Positions 50,885 through 64,000 of a DNA stretch of 64,000 nucleotides are shown one piece after another (the first letter of the stretch is position 1; each line of letters starts with the position of its first letter). The DNA comes from Vermamoeba vermiformis (taxonomy: Eukaryota): NCBI GenBank assembly GCA_045837725.1, contig JBEWZL010000237.1, forward strand, positions 62,001 to 126,000. The letters are read 5' to 3'. Made by a program: the position numbers and the translations under genes. Below the pieces are notes generated by a model that was not told the DNA's origin, did no database searches, and was given only the letters and a program-made list of their open reading frames with translations.

Positions 50885-51027
50885 TTTCCTTTTTTGTAAT
50901 TACACCGATCCTTGTACAGTTGATATCTTTTCACCCACACCTGCGCGTTGATTAGTCTTAGTATCATTGATTAATACACAAGTACTCGCAAACAAAAGTA
51001 TTTATAAACACAAACGCAGTACTGTCT

Positions 51028-52583
51028 CTAGTTAGACTGACACTGCACGCCTTGAGGTCTGCCATCGTCCTCCTCATCGCTGTCAGATCCACCGTGGCCG
51101 TGATAGTGTTCGTGACCACCCTGCTGTTGTTCACGGCCCTTGAGTGCAGGACCCAATGTCGCCTCTTCAATCTGATCTTTGCTCACACTCGGCAGTGCGG
51201 GGCGGGGCGAAGCAGACAACAACAACTTCTCGAGATTGCCAGCCACGGTCTTGTCGAGCTGTTCGGGGAATTTGACCGAGAATTTAATGTAGAGATTGCC
51301 GCGGTTGTAGGGGTCCTTGTACTTGGGCATGCCCTCTTGACTCACGGCGCGCAGATCGTCGGGCTTGATGACCACACCCGGCTGCGTGGTGATCTTGAGT
51401 TGTCGCTCGTCGAGGTGTTTGACGTAGAAGGTGGTGCCGCACAGTGCTTCAGTCAACATCAGCTCCTTCTCCATGTGCAGATCGTGACCGTCGCGCGTGA
51501 ACACAGCGTGCTTCTTCTGCACGAGCACGATGATAATGTCGCCAGGCTCAATGCCCGGGGCCTGATCGCTCTCGCCGCGGAATGTGATCTTCTGTCCGTG
51601 CGACATGCCCTTGTCGACCTCCACTTCGAGCACCTTCTTCTCTTTGAGCACTTTGGCACCGCGACACTTGGGGCACTTGTCTTCTTCTTTGATCGACTCG
51701 CCGCTGCCCTCGCAGTCGTGACACACAGTCTGCATCTGTTGCACGAACATGCCCATGCGCTGCACCACGATGCGAATACCACGACCATCGCACGTCTTGC
51801 ACTTTTGTGTCGCACCTTCTTTGGTGGCACCAGAACTGTGGATGTGTTAGCAAAGGGGAGCAGGGAAATTTAATTTATGGGTATTTCAATTATTGGTGTG
51901 AATTGTATGGACGATCGTTGTGCGCTCATGACGTCAACGTCGATCTAGATTCGCAAAAATAACAAAATCGATAAAAATAAGAAATTCGTCAACAATTCTT
52001 AAATCAACGATGTAAATATTAATAGGACGATTAAATATGAAGCACTCACCCCTTGCAGCCAGCACAAATAATGTCCTTGGTGACTTGCAGCTTAGTCTTC
52101 TTGCCGTTGTACAAGTCCTCGAGCGTGACAGGCAGTTGATGCACCAAGTCCTCACCTCTGCGCGGTCCTCTGTTGCCTCCCTCGCGCGGATTGAAGCCGC
52201 GGAAGAATTGCGAGAAGATGTCGAAGGGATCCGCTCCGGGACCTCCTTCCTTCAAGCCGTCTTTACCGTATTTATCGTATAATTTTCTCTTTTCAGGATC
52301 GCTGAGAGCTTCATAGGCTTCTCCGATGAGCTTGAACTACAGAACAAAATCCACCATTATTATAATAAAAAAAGAATAACCGAAAAATTATGAGTCATCG
52401 AGGTCTTTAAGTTGCCGCACCACATCTATAAATTATATATACCTTTTCAGTAGCGTCTGGGCTGCTGTTTCTGTCAGGGTGGAACTGAATCGCAAGTTTG
52501 CGATACGCTTTTTTGATGTCGGCTTCAGAAGCGTCAGGCTTAACGCCAAGACGTTCGTAGAATTCAGTTTCACGTACAGACAT
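51028..52583 (-). CDS. Type I DnaJ (Ydj1/DNAJA) co-chaperone
   Basis: J-domain with HPD, G/F-rich region, four CxxCxGxG-type repeats, C-terminal CaaX-like CQSN. Confidence 0.95.
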
Positions 52584-52760
52584 GTTGTGGTGTGTGGACG
52601 AGTCGTGCGGCTGACAATAATAACGCTTGTTTTTGTCGAGATCAAGACTCGCAGCCCTGGTAGATCTGGATCTCAAGAAACTGTTTTCTGACAGTTGTAC
52701 GAATGTATTCTGCGCAATAGGCATCAAACACTAATTGTCGATTATTGAGTCAACAAGGCA

Positions 52761-54052
52761 ATGGGTATTGGTGAGAAGATCAAGGACATCGAGGCTGAGA
52801 TTGCACGCACGCAAAAGAACAAAGCGACAGAGTTCCACATCGGTCAATTGAAAGCACGTCTTGCTCGTTTGAGAGAGCAGCTGCTCGAACAGCCCGGCAA
52901 AGGTGGCACCAAGGGCGATGGATTTGAAGTGCAAAAGTCAGGTGATGCACGTGTCTGCTTAGTCGGGTGTGTATAAATGTGTAATACGCATATAATTATA
53001 ATTAATATTATTTTATGACGTGCATGGATTATTTTTTCACCAAATAACAACCGCCAACATATTTATTGAAATTTATAATTAATTTGTCAAAATCCGGTTT
53101 ATTATTGACATGACACCGTTCAATTTCCTCTCCCATTCTTCATTTAATTGACAATAATATATGCAGTTTCCCCTCAGTTGGCAAGTCCACATTCTTGTCC
53201 AAAGTGACCACAACCGAATCTGTCGCCTCTGCGATCGACTTCACCACTTTGACGTGCATTGCAGGTGTAATCAACTACAAAGGTGCGCGCATTCAGCTGC
53301 TCGATACACCGGGTATCATTCAAGGTGCCGCATCTGGCAAAGGTCGTGGTCGTCAAGTGATTGCCGTGGCGCGCACAGCAGATCTGATTCTGATGATGCT
53401 CGAGCCTGGCAAGGGTGAGGTTCAAAAGCGCTTGTTGACCAAGGAACTCGAAGCCATGGGCGTGCGACTCAACCGCAAGCGACCGAACATCTCTTTTGTC
53501 GAGAAGAAGACGGGCGGCATCTCCTTCAACACGATGGTGCCGCTGACGAAGATCAACGAGAAGACAGTGCGCACCGTGCTGCACGAGTACCGCATTCACA
53601 ACGCGCAAGTGCTGTTCAGAGAGGACTGCACCGTCGACGACTTTATTGACGCCATTGAGGGCAACAGATCGTACCTGCGCTGCTTGTACGTGTACAACAA
53701 GGTCGATCGCACGACTATACAGCACCTCGATAAGATTGCACGTCAGCCCGACACAGTGGTGGTGAGCTGCGAGATGGGTCTGAACATCGACTACTTGATC
53801 GAGAAGATCTGGGAGTACTTGGCCCTCGCACGCGTGTACACCAAGAAGCGAGGTGCGCGACCAGACTTCTCCGATCCAATGATCATGCGCAGTGGCTCGA
53901 CTGTCGAGGATATATGTCGCGCTATTCACAAGGACATGGTCGAGAAGTTCAAGTACGGACTCGTGTGGGGCACATCCGCCAAACACATGCCGCAACGAGT
54001 CGGATTGAATCACTTGGTGCAAGATGAAGACGTAGTAGAGATTCATACTTAA
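52761..54052 (+). CDS. DRG2: Developmentally regulated GTP-binding protein (DRG2-like)
   Basis: [45 protein letters not shown] domain [14 protein letters not shown]. Confidence 0.92.
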
Positions 54053-54261
54053 GTCGAGTGCATTGTTGTACGTGGATGGAGCACGTTGTACATAATAAAT
54101 CAGTTGTAGCGCAGAATTCTCGATTTTGTTATTTGCCGGCATGGTTCTCTTGATTTTCAGAATTCCCGCGCAAACTAGCCGTTGCGGGATTTGAATGTTG
54201 AACGCGAAATCGATGTCATTTTAGCAACGAACGTGAAGAGAGAAGCAATGCATTAAGCACC

Positions 54262-56259
54262 ATGACGACATTGTTGGATCAGAATAAGGAGAATATTGTC
54301 GATAACGTTACTCTTGGGCAGTTTATCAAAAAAGATCATACAAATCCCAAGCGAGCACCATTATCAGCGATTACAAACCAGCAACACGTTCAACGCGACA
54401 CAAATAAATCAGTTTTATTGGACAAAGCGAAGAAGATTCAAGACAAACAGCCTTTGGGACCTCACGAATCTGCAGTTAAATTGCGCAAACCAGCGAGCAA
54501 AACACCGTCGAGTTTAGGTAAGGCAATACTCGTTTACTCTCTATAAATAATTCAAAATTGTTGTTGTTGGTATATTAATTAAATTTTAATACGTCACAGG
54601 TGGAATTTTTTCAGGAGGAGCAAAGAGAGCGAATCCAGTTGAACACATTGTCGTGTTAGAGGACGAACCCGAGGCAGCTGCAGTACCCGCGACGCCTAAA
54701 GTGCCCGATACACCACGCTCAGTGCCCTCCAGCGCACCCTCAGTGTCAGATCCAGTGCTGAGCACGCCCCTGGCAGCCACGAAGAGTGTGCCGCAGAGTG
54801 TACTGCGCACCCCCCTGCAATCACCGCACGTGCACAGTGTCGCGCAACAACAGACACCGAGTGGCCACTCCACACCCCCACTGCAGCTCCTAGCACAGCC
54901 CACACCCAGTCACAGCGCTGCACCGAGCACGCCACACATGCACACTAGCACTGCCTCGCATATGAACACTAGTACCCCGCACCTGAGCACCACCAACACC
55001 CCACTAGTCGCATCAAACACGCCCCTCGCTGCACCGAGCAGTGCTGGCTATTCAGTGCCGCGGCCACACAGCACACAGCAGCGCACACAGAGCAGCGTGC
55101 CACCACTCATCATCACGCCACAGCTCTCGGGGGCCAGTGTGCCACCACTCCGACATCACGTGCCACAAGTACTCGTGCCCATGCACACCCCTGACCACAA
55201 TCACGTGACACCGAATCAGAGCGTGCCTGCCACACCACACATGCCCGCGTCAGTGCTGCAGCCTGTCAAACACACGCAGCGTGCTGTCTCACTGCCCATG
55301 ACACGTGTCGCACACCCGCTCATGTCACTCGACCCGCAGCGCATCATTACCGTAAATGGCAAGACCTACATCTCGCTGGACGGTGAGATTGGCAAAGGTC
55401 AGTCATCACGTGTGCACAAAGTGGTGGGTGAAGATTTGCAGATCTACGCCATCAAAGAAGTGAAATTTCGCGACCCCGAAGACCCTTGCATCCCGGGATA
55501 TTTGCAGGAGGTAGAGCTGTTGAAGACACTGCAAGGCGAGCCCTTCATCATCAAGTAAGTTGTCACTGCGACACGTTGACATGTCGATCACGTGACTGAC
55601 CGAATTGATTTAACAGATTGATCGATCACGAGATCACCACCGAGGCTTTGCACATTGTACTCGAATATGCCGAGACAGATCTCGCTCGTGCGATGGATCC
55701 CCGCAAACCCAACCGCGTGATTTTCGACTTCAATTCCATCCGCCACTACTGGCTGCAGATGTTGATTGCGGTGCAGTCGATACACAAGCACAAGATCATT
55801 CACGGTGACTTGAAGCCACCCAATTTTGTGCTGGTGAAGGGTCAGTTGCGCCTGATCGACTTTGGCATCAGCAAGACCATCCCCGAGGAGGCAGTCACCA
55901 CCTCCATAGTCAACAACAATCTCTGCGGCACCATTGGCTACATAGCCCCTGAGGCCCTCGTGCCGACAGAGTACGACGCCGATCAGCAGCAGCACGTGCA
56001 CAAGTACGGACGCGCGGCCGATGTCTGGTCGCTGGGCTGCATCCTGTATCAGATGGTGTTCGGCAAATATCCGCTGCACGGCTACAATCCCACGCAGCGC
56101 GCACTGCTCTACACCAACCCCAACTTCACGGTCGATGTGCCCAACTGTCAGTCGGCCTCGTGTCGCGATGCCATTCTCAAGTGTCTGCAGCGAGACCCGC
56201 AGAAGCGTGCCACCATCCCTGAACTGCTGCAACACCCGTTCTTGAAGTACATGCACTGA
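54262..56259 (+). CDS. Mps1/TTK-like dual-specificity kinase
   Basis: N-terminal KEN and D-box-like RAPLSAITN; kinase motifs ITVNGKTY, IGKGQSSRV, YAIKEV, HGDLKPPNFVLVKGQLRLIDFGI, DVWSLGCILYQMVFGK. Confidence 0.88.
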
Positions 56260-56567
56260 GGAGGAGGGCGTGAGTGTAGCGGACCCTTCGCGCAGTATGA
56301 TCCGTGCTGGCTGCGGAGATGAAATTTTGAAGTAGTAACTAACCAGTCTTCTGACCTGTAGCGTCAGATGTGTCCTCAAGTCTGTAAGAGAGGCTTGAAA
56401 ACACTTGTAATTTACATGTAAATAGTTGCCGTGCATTAAAAGTCATATTTATGCCACTCGGTGCCTATTAATCGCATAAGATTGCGTGGAGAATTCTCAG
56501 CGGACAGTTTTCTTGTTTGCCCGCGAATATGATGCAGTGACAATAGTATTATAATACATACAACACA

Positions 56568-57749
56568 ATGGAGGTCGATGAGGCATTATTATCAAACACA
56601 TTCGATCAAGCTCTGAAGCAGTTCAAAGAGCTGGATTCAGGTGCGATCCCTGCTCTCGATCCCAAATACGCGTCATTAGTCGACAATACGATCGGTCTAT
56701 TTAACAAGACCATTAATATGGTGGCTCAACAGTCCGTGTTCTCATCAAATGAAGAGCTGGATGACATTCACACGACTTCAATCAAGTAATTATTATTCAC
56801 CAATTATTTAATTTTAACACTGCGACAGTAGTATTAATTAGCGATATTAACACCAATTTTATAGGTATCTTTTAATTCCGTATTATTTGAGCGGACTGTA
56901 CAACAAGATCCAAAAACGAGAGCAAAGAGCAGATGCGTTGAAAAAGAGTTTAGTAAGTAAATTTGCCACAAAGAGGACTCCTATTGATATGTTTAGATTA
57001 TGGCTAAACAATTCTTGAATAACTGTCTGCACCTCAATCTGGTCGACAAAAGTGTAAGTGGCAATTACGGCACTAAGAGCAGTTTAGTAAACGTTTAATA
57101 GGATACACAAAGTGTCGAGAGCATATTGAGCGACAGCTCCGACAAGCAAGCACAGATGACCGATCCAAACAAATTGCGCGAGGAGAAGATCCGACGCCAC
57201 AAGCGCGATCAAGAACTCTCAGCACAACTCAGTACACTCACTGAAAAACTAGAGTGTGCACTCGAGGAAGAACAGCAACGCGAGCTTACTATAACACAGC
57301 TGCGCCTCGCTGTCCTGCAAACACTTGCGGATGTAGCGCTGACCGAACAAGAGCTCACCTTGCTGCAGATGCGCGCCTCGATGGAGAACAATCAAAATAA
57401 TGACCAGCGCATGGCTCAGAAGCCCTTGCAACCTAAACCAGGCCCCATGAAAGTGACACGCGTGTTCAATGTGGATGGCAAGCTGCAGATGCGCGAAGAA
57501 GTGTTTCAGCCAGGCTGGAGACAACCAACGATATCGATTGAAGAGGCAGGCATGTGGGACCTCAAGTACGCGCAACAGACTGCTAAAGTGTCTGCTGAGC
57601 GCGAACAGAAAGAGCAGCAGCGCGTCGAGCAACAGACGAGTGACGAGCGCGAAGAAGAAGAGCGCAAGAAGGCGAGTGAGTGGAGCGATTGGAAGGACGA
57701 GCATCCGAGCGGATCTGGCAACACTGGCTACAAGGGGTACACCTATTAG
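56568..57749 (+). CDS. TAP42/alpha4 (IGBP1) PP2A regulator
   Basis: FSSNEELDDIHTTSIKYLL, REEKIRR, VFQPGWRQPTISIEE, WSDWKDEHPSGSGN. Confidence 0.92.
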
Positions 57750-58121
57750 ACCGGTCCCTCGCGTCAAATGTACATAGCAATAAACGCAGCACGAATATAC
57801 CATAAACATCGACGGCGCTTATCTAGACCTGCGTGGTGCAGGACAGTGCAGTTAAGTCACGCCAGTACGCGCCGGAAATTTCTGCCGTCGACCGTGACTT
57901 AACTGGCGAAAGAATAAAAAACAAAATTCTCTCGGTTGTTGGCGTGTGTTTGTGACGAGAATAACACGAGTGATAGTAATATTTATTTGTGGAGTTATCG
58001 ATCATTTAGAAGAATTGTCAGTCAACACACTAGGGACAAGTTGCGAACTTTTCTCATCTGTATTATAATTTATTGAATAATAATAATTATTTATTTCTAA
58101 AAATATATTTCACACACAACC

Positions 58122-60090
58122 ATGGGTGATCTACTCGATAGTATGTTAGACCCGAATTTTGAAGCACCTTCCGTGCCGACGAACGATCCGCTCGCGAGTG
58201 CCATTAGAGATTCAGTTCTTGGACAAGCGCAACCAGTTCAAAATATACAACCTCAACCCACATTAGTACAACCCACACCTATTGCTATTGCACAACCACT
58301 GCCAGCGACTGTAGTTTCAGGTCGACCAAATCCAATGCTGAGCGTGCAGCCCAAGCAGGCAGGCACACTGTCACCAGCACTACTGCTCAGTCAAAATCCA
58401 CAAATGCGACAGAACCTGATGAACTTGTTAAAGACACGTAAGTAGCTCTACTTCACCGAGAACAAGTGTTGCTCGAGCTGACGCGGTACCGCTCCATCAC
58501 AATTGGCCGTGCACTCACTGACCTCTGACGCAGTGTTTGACCACGCCCTCAAGCCCGTGCGTGGTGCACTCGATGCGCGCGTGAACAAAGAGCTCGATGA
58601 AGTCTTGAAGCGCATTGGTGAGGGCACCATGACGCCGCAGAGTGCACTCAAAGACCTGCCGCAACTCATCGGCAACGAGCACGCGCAACTCGTCGCCAAG
58701 AACTTTGCCGTGCTGAATGCCAAGGGCTCCATGATGGGTGGCACGGTGACACCTGTCACTGGTGCTGTCAATGTCGGACTCGTCAAAGCACCGCTCGGCC
58801 AGGGCAAGATGCCGGTCAATGCGATCGCGGTGCCCACGGGTGTCGTGCGCCCTGTCACTGGCACACCTGTCATGCCTGGCACTGCCAAAAATAGTAAGTT
58901 TGCGCACGTGACGTCACTTAGAGCACGTGATATTAACTTATTATTAGTGCCCACGCCTGTAGCAGTGGGAGTGCCCATTTCAGTGCCCACACAACCAGGA
59001 CCACCTGGCCAGCCTGCGATGTAGGTGCAGTGCACGTGATCGAGTGGTTGCTAATTACCTTATTAGGAAAAAACAAAAGCTGTCCAACCCGAGCACTCAA
59101 CCACCCATCAAAATGGAGCAGGGTGCCAACACCAACAGCCCCGCGCCGAACAAGAAGGGCGACGAGGACAAGGACGATGACGAGTCACAGCCCAAGGCCA
59201 AACAACTGCTCGACATTGCGCACTTGGCTGGTGTGGACATCAACTCGGAAGAGACCAATCTCATTGAGAGTCGGGTGGCAGCCACTGGTGGCATCACTGA
59301 CGAGCCTGGATTTGTCACGCGACCAGTGCTGCAACGACGCGTGGAGCTGCAGTGCACCAAGCGCGGCATGAGTGCGGGCAAAGAGGTGGTAGATGTGCTG
59401 GGCCACGCACTGCAAGACAGACTGCGCGCGATATTGGAACAGCTCGTGCGCGTGAGCAAGATGCGCAACGAAGTGTACAAGAGCGAGAGTGGCTACGATC
59501 ACGTGATCAGCAGCAACAGCAAGCGCTATTTGCATCTGTTGGAGAAGCGCATGAAAGAGGACCAGGACCGCAAAGAAGTGCGTGAACGAGAGCGGCAGAT
59601 GAAAGAACAAAAAGACCGTGAACGGCGCGAGAAGAAGACGGAGGAGAGTGAAGTGGACAAGCTGACCAAGGCCAAGATGGAGGAAGAAGCTGCCTCCAAC
59701 ACGGCACTCGCTGCGATCGGTGACACCAAGGCCCGTGCTGCAAAGAACAATCCCCCCGCTGCGAACACCCCTGGACCTAGTGCAGGACCAGCCAAGTCGC
59801 AGATTGTGTTCAGTGCGCAACAGTTCCAAGCGCTGCAACAGCTGAGCGAGATGAAAGCCAAGGGTGTGGGCATGAATGTGCAGCAACAACAGGCCCTGCA
59901 GCAGTTGAGCGTGCAGTATCAGCTCTTTCAGCAGCAACAGCAAGACAGCGCCAAGTCCGCGCAAGACAAGGTGCAAGATCGCATGTTCAAAATCACCAAG
60001 AAAGACGTGCTCTCATTTGTGGAGAAGGATCCGGAGCTCAAAAAATCAAAAATGTTGCAGCTCGTCAATTTAGGCCTCAAGCCCAAGTAG
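58122..60090 (+). CDS. TFIID subunit TAF4-like protein
   Basis: DIAHLAGVDINSEE, histone-fold HALQDRLRAILEQLVRVSKMR, SNTALAAIG, C-terminal ITKKDVLSFVEKD. Confidence 0.8.
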
Positions 60091-60352
60091 TGTTGTGTAT
60101 ATAGTCGAATAATAATACTGTTGTACAAAACAAGTCGAGATATATTGTTCATGATAGTGTTTTATTTGTTTCAAAAGTTGCGTATTTACAAGCTAATTAC
60201 AAAATTCAGGTGCCACATCCAATTCCAGTCTCGGCTATCAGATTACAAGACCAGTTGAATGCTGCACCATTCGCTGCACTGAATATCTGTTCAGCTCCAG
60301 TGTCGTTACTATTCACAGGGTGTTGCTTGCTGTCAGTTCTGCAATTGTTGTT

Positions 60353-61198
60353 TCAGTGGTCAGTCGCGGCAGTGAGTGGATGTCGACGACTCTCAAACCA
60401 CCAACTGTGCTGCATGACCTCCGCGAGAGTGATGCGCTGCTTGGGGTCCTTGGTCAACATGCGGCCAATCAAGTCCTTGAGATTGTCGGACAGGCCCATG
60501 TTGGCTGGGAACACCACCGCATCGAACAGCACGCGCTCCTCGAGTTCGTGATAGGTCTCGGCGCAGAAGGGAAATGAGTCCGTGAGCAGGTAGTACAGAC
60601 ACACGCCCAGCGACCACACGTCACACGCCTCGCTGTGCGGCTGCAGTGAAAATATCTCGGGACTCATGTAGAGCGGACTGCCCGCGTAGTGATCGTGAAT
60701 CAGTCCCTCGGGGCCGAGTCGTGCGCACAGTCCAAAGTCCGTCAAGCGAATCGTATTGTCAGCGGTCAGAAGCATATTCTCCAGCTTCAGATCGTGGTGC
60801 GCAATGCCGAGCTGATGGCAGTGCTGCACCGCAACTACAATTTGCTTGAAGTACTCACGGGCAACAGACTCTTCTAGTCGTCCATGGCGCTCTAATAAGG
60901 CAGCTAGATCGCCTCGTTCAGCAAGTTCCATGATCATAAAGATGTAGGCATCTTCTTCATAAATTCCGTGCAGCGTAATTATATTCTCGTGTCGAAGCTT
61001 TCTGAGCACTTCTGCTTCTTGTATTGCGCGCTCACGAATTTGTGGTTGGCACTGGGCATCAAAGATCTTCACTGCTACTCGATCTTGCGAATGCAGATGA
61101 ACGCCGAGTCGAACAAAACCATTCGAGCCAGCACCCAGCATATGTTGTTCTATTCTATACTCGTCCACAAATTCGGGAATCTCTCCTGCTGCTGCCAT
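60353..61198 (-). CDS. CAMK-group (AMPK/MARK-like) Ser/Thr kinase, intronless
   Basis: LGAGSNGFV, VAVKI, HHDLKLEN, DFG, GSPLYMSPE, DVWSLGV. Confidence 0.9.
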   Translation of the reverse strand: MAAAGEIPEFVDEYRIEQHMLGAGSNGFVRLGVHLHSQDRVAVKIFDAQCQPQIRERAIQEAEVLRKLRHENIITLHGIYEEDAYIFMIMELAERGDLAALLERHGRLEESVAREYFKQIVVAVQHCHQLGIAHHDLKLENMLLTADNTIRLTDFGLCARLGPEGLIHDHYAGSPLYMSPEIFSLQPHSEACDVWSLGVCLYYLLTDSFPFCAETYHELEERVLFDAVVFPANMGLSDNLKDLIGRMLTKDPKQRITLAEVMQHSWWFESRRHPLTAATDH

Positions 61199-61491
61199 TT
61201 TTGAAGGTCCGGCGAAATTGATTCAAATCAAAAAAAATAATCCACAAAAAAATACAAAGGGTGAAATAATATACAAGAGGTGTTGTATCAACAAATATTA
61301 ACAAGTAAATACAAGGGGGTTTCAATACTGCAGTTTTAATTACAAATATAATATCATCGCTTTGTGTTGCTGTTGTTTAATCAGACGGGTTGAAAAGAAA
61401 AAAGCCACGAATTTTCCATTTTTGGTCTGAAGAATAAAATTGATAAAATATCTGTGTCTCTCACCGTCCAGTAAGTCAAATAGTCATTGTA

Positions 61492-62002
61492 ATGTCAAGC
61501 ACTGAAGTAAAACCTTACACGCGAAAGCGCAAAATAGATCAAGTCGCTGCAGATGTAGACGAGATTGCTACCCCACTGCTGTCTGCGAGCACAAATGATG
61601 ACAATAAATCGAGCGATGTTACAACTACAGCACTGTCAATAAGAGAAAAACTGAAGAGTAATGCGATTTATTAAATAATTTATTGAATTATTTTTAATTA
61701 ATTTCTTTCTCGTCAAAGAGCCCAAAACTACCCACGAAGGGTCCTCTGAGGGAAATAAGAATAAATCCGACAATAGAGATCCTGAAATTATGAAAAAAGT
61801 GAAGGCACCTGTTATTGTGTACAATCGCACATCGCGTGGTCTGAGCGAAGAGCAGATCCGCAAGTCTGTTGAAGAGCACAAACGCAAGCTCATTGGCTGG
61901 AGGGTATGTCAAGTATGTATATATGTATAATATAGCACCACTGACCTAGTACAGTACCACGTGGCGAGCAAACAAGCAGAGAGTCAACGCAAGCCCAAAT
62001 GA
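61492..62002 (+). CDS. Small basic hypothetical protein (3 exons)
   Basis: Exons join in frame through GT-AG introns; NLS-like RKRK; no family recognised. Confidence 0.55.
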
Positions 62003-62245
62003 GTCCCTCGTGTACGTGTATATTGAGCGATGTAAATAGGAGATTAAGCGACTATTTATATACTAGTTGAGTAATATGGGGCATAAACAGGTGTTAAATT
62101 ACAAGGGCAGAGCTCTTCATGGGCGCGCAAGAGACAGGGTGATACTCGGGGTGATATTGTAGGCAGTGTATGTATAGGCAGGGTGGGGAGTATATAGGCA
62201 GGGAGTATATAGAGGGAGTATTATATTAGGCAGTGGTGGGGGGGC

Positions 62246-62762
62246 TCATTCGTGCTGTTCGAGCTGGCCCTCAGCGGGTTGTTTGGCACTGCCAGCCTTG
62301 GGCGCGCCTTTCTTCAAGTTCTTGGCCCAGTCTGCCGAATCAAACTTCTTTTGCTGTTCAATAGTAACCAGAGTGTTAGTACGACTGCTCTGTGGTCTTG
62401 GAGGGGCGCAGTTGGCATCAGATTGCAACTACGCGCACCAGAGATTTTTTGAGCGATATCTTACCTTTTTGCCGCCTAACAGATTGGGTTTGGGCAGACG
62501 ACCATACTTTTCAAAATATTTTCGGTCTTCTTCGGAAAGATTCGAGGGTATTTGCTGCAAAATAATATTTGTGTTATTATTATTATATGGATAATTGAAA
62601 TTAATTGAACGCGGTATTAATATCACATATTATAACATAGAGATAATAATATTGAGGAAATACGCAGGAATGGAAATAAAATTTAATTAAATTAGATTTT
62701 AGATTTGAGTCGTTTGGCAGGGTAGCGTATCATGCAATAAGTACCTGACTTTCAGTAGCCAT
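62246..62762 (-). CDS. Endosulfine/ARPP19 (Igo1-like) PP2A-B55 inhibitor
   Basis: KYGRLP...LLGGKK|QKKFDSADWA (Greatwall-site FDS motif). Confidence 0.85.
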
Positions 62763-62919
62763 TGTGTTGTAATAATACAAGAGATGTGGTGGATTGATTG
62801 TTTGAATAGCTCAAATTGATGTGCATTAAATTTGCGTTAATTTTCCCACCAAACACGTGACTGCTACAGCGAGGGCCAGAGGTATGTATGACAATATGTA
62901 TTTATGTACAATAGGGTGG

Positions 62920-64000
62920 TTACACTATGCGCACACGACGCGCGAAGGTCAAGTAGCCAGTGTGGCCGCGCATTTCAGGGAAGGGACGCGTCGTAATGAG
63001 GGATGTGGATGCAGCGCTCGGCGCATCATTAGTACTCGCAGTGCCAGTGTCTGAACTCTGCTCGCGCTTGCGTTTGTGACCGCGCTTGTTGTCTGCAGCA
63101 CTCGTCTTGACCTCGTAGTCGCGGAACAAACACTCCACGGTGCACACGTCCTCGAAGCGCGCCGTCATCAGTGCCGCACTCGTCTTCTGCACCTGTTCAA
63201 TGCAGGGACTGAAGGACACTACGCGCCCATTCACCTTCAGACTCCGCTGCACACTCTCGATCACCAGCCACGGGGAGGGCAGATCTAAGAACGCGGCGTC
63301 AGCGAGCACTGCAGTCACGTGCTCAGTGCTGCCGTTCACTGCACGGTGTTGCGTGTCCAGGGCTGTGCGCAGTGCAGTGCCATCAGTGACAGCCGTGTTG
63401 CCCTCGCTCGCTGTCTCCGCGCTGTTCAGCTGCACTGTGAAGCCACGTGCCACCACATCGCCGTGCACCACGTGGATGTGTCCCGTGTAGTCCAGTCCAC
63501 CGCGCGCCAGTCGCTTGAGTTGTTCCGTGATGTTGTGCGCTCGTTCGCGGTGGTACTCGAAGGTGACCACGTGACCAGTGGGCGCGACAGCACGTGACAG
63601 CGAGACAGTGAGCGAGCCCGAGCCCGTGCCACTCTCCAGCACCCAGTGACCGGGCCGCAGATCCAAGCCTGCCGTGACAATGGTGGCAATGTCGTGCGCG
63701 TAGAGAATTTCAGTGCGATGAGGACAGGCTTGCGTCCAGAGAGCGGCTGTTAGCGGCAACAACACGATCCAGCCTGACTTGCGATCTGCGCTGTAGAGCT
63801 GAAAATAGAGGATTAATTTACTATTGGCAGAGATCATGTTATTGATACTATTGTAGTAATTATAAACAATTTTGGTAATTTTAATAGAATTAAATTCGAA
63901 ATGCGTTGTCGTGAGTTACCTTCGATCCATATTCCAAACCAATCAACGAATCATGTTTAAAATTTCCGAATTTAGAATTCAAATATTGACCGGGAGTAAT
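62920..64000 (-). CDS. TRMT61A: tRNA m1A58 methyltransferase catalytic subunit TRM61, 5' part beyond the window
   Basis: PHRTEILY, VLESGTGSGSL, TFEYH..RA, AFLDLPSPW, SFSPCIEQV, GHTGYLTFAR. Confidence 0.93.

Noticed and set aside
1-64000. Alternative genetic code, U12-type introns, CRISPR arrays, tRNA/rRNA genes
   Set aside because: All three stops terminate conserved genes. I saw no RTATCCTT donors, repeat-spacer arrays, cloverleafs or rRNA sequence on manual reading, which is not exhaustive.

Overview
Gene-dense (about 28 protein genes in 64 kb), intron-rich nuclear DNA of a microbial eukaryote. It uses the standard code, with short GT-AG introns and CTAAC/CTGAC branch points; an amoebozoan-like protist is my inference only. 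In order: two tandem SDR/retinol-dehydrogenase-like genes, IscA, V-ATPase subunit d, a 19-kb midasin (MDN1), a FAR1/AFT-like putative DNA-binding protein, AP-1 mu, two tandem secreted S1/P1 nucleases, an Rnl2-family RNA ligase, a calcineurin-B-like EF-hand protein, prohibitin, a MORN protein, a sedolisin/TPP1 protease, an LRR protein, a DyP-type peroxidase with a mitochondrial-type presequence, TFIIH p44, thymidine kinase, RUS1, DnaJ, DRG GTPase, Mps1, TAP42, TAF4, a CAMK-group kinase, a small basic protein, endosulfine and a truncated TRM61. Main discovery: a two-exon minus-strand gene absent from the ORF track (48951-48550). It encodes a 77-aa Cys-rich protein, MCQKVRCKQCQKWTWVG-UGA-GLH..., with an in-frame TGA where a Cys is expected and a canonical type II SECIS in its 3' UTR. 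It is a candidate previously undescribed selenoprotein. Also found: a C/D box snoRNA (snR75/U15-like guide) in a midasin intron, a palindromic TGACACGTGTCA motif in eight introns of four unrelated genes, three GC-AG introns, and several unexplained structured non-coding segments. Exon structures were read by eye; CDS coordinates span start to stop including introns.
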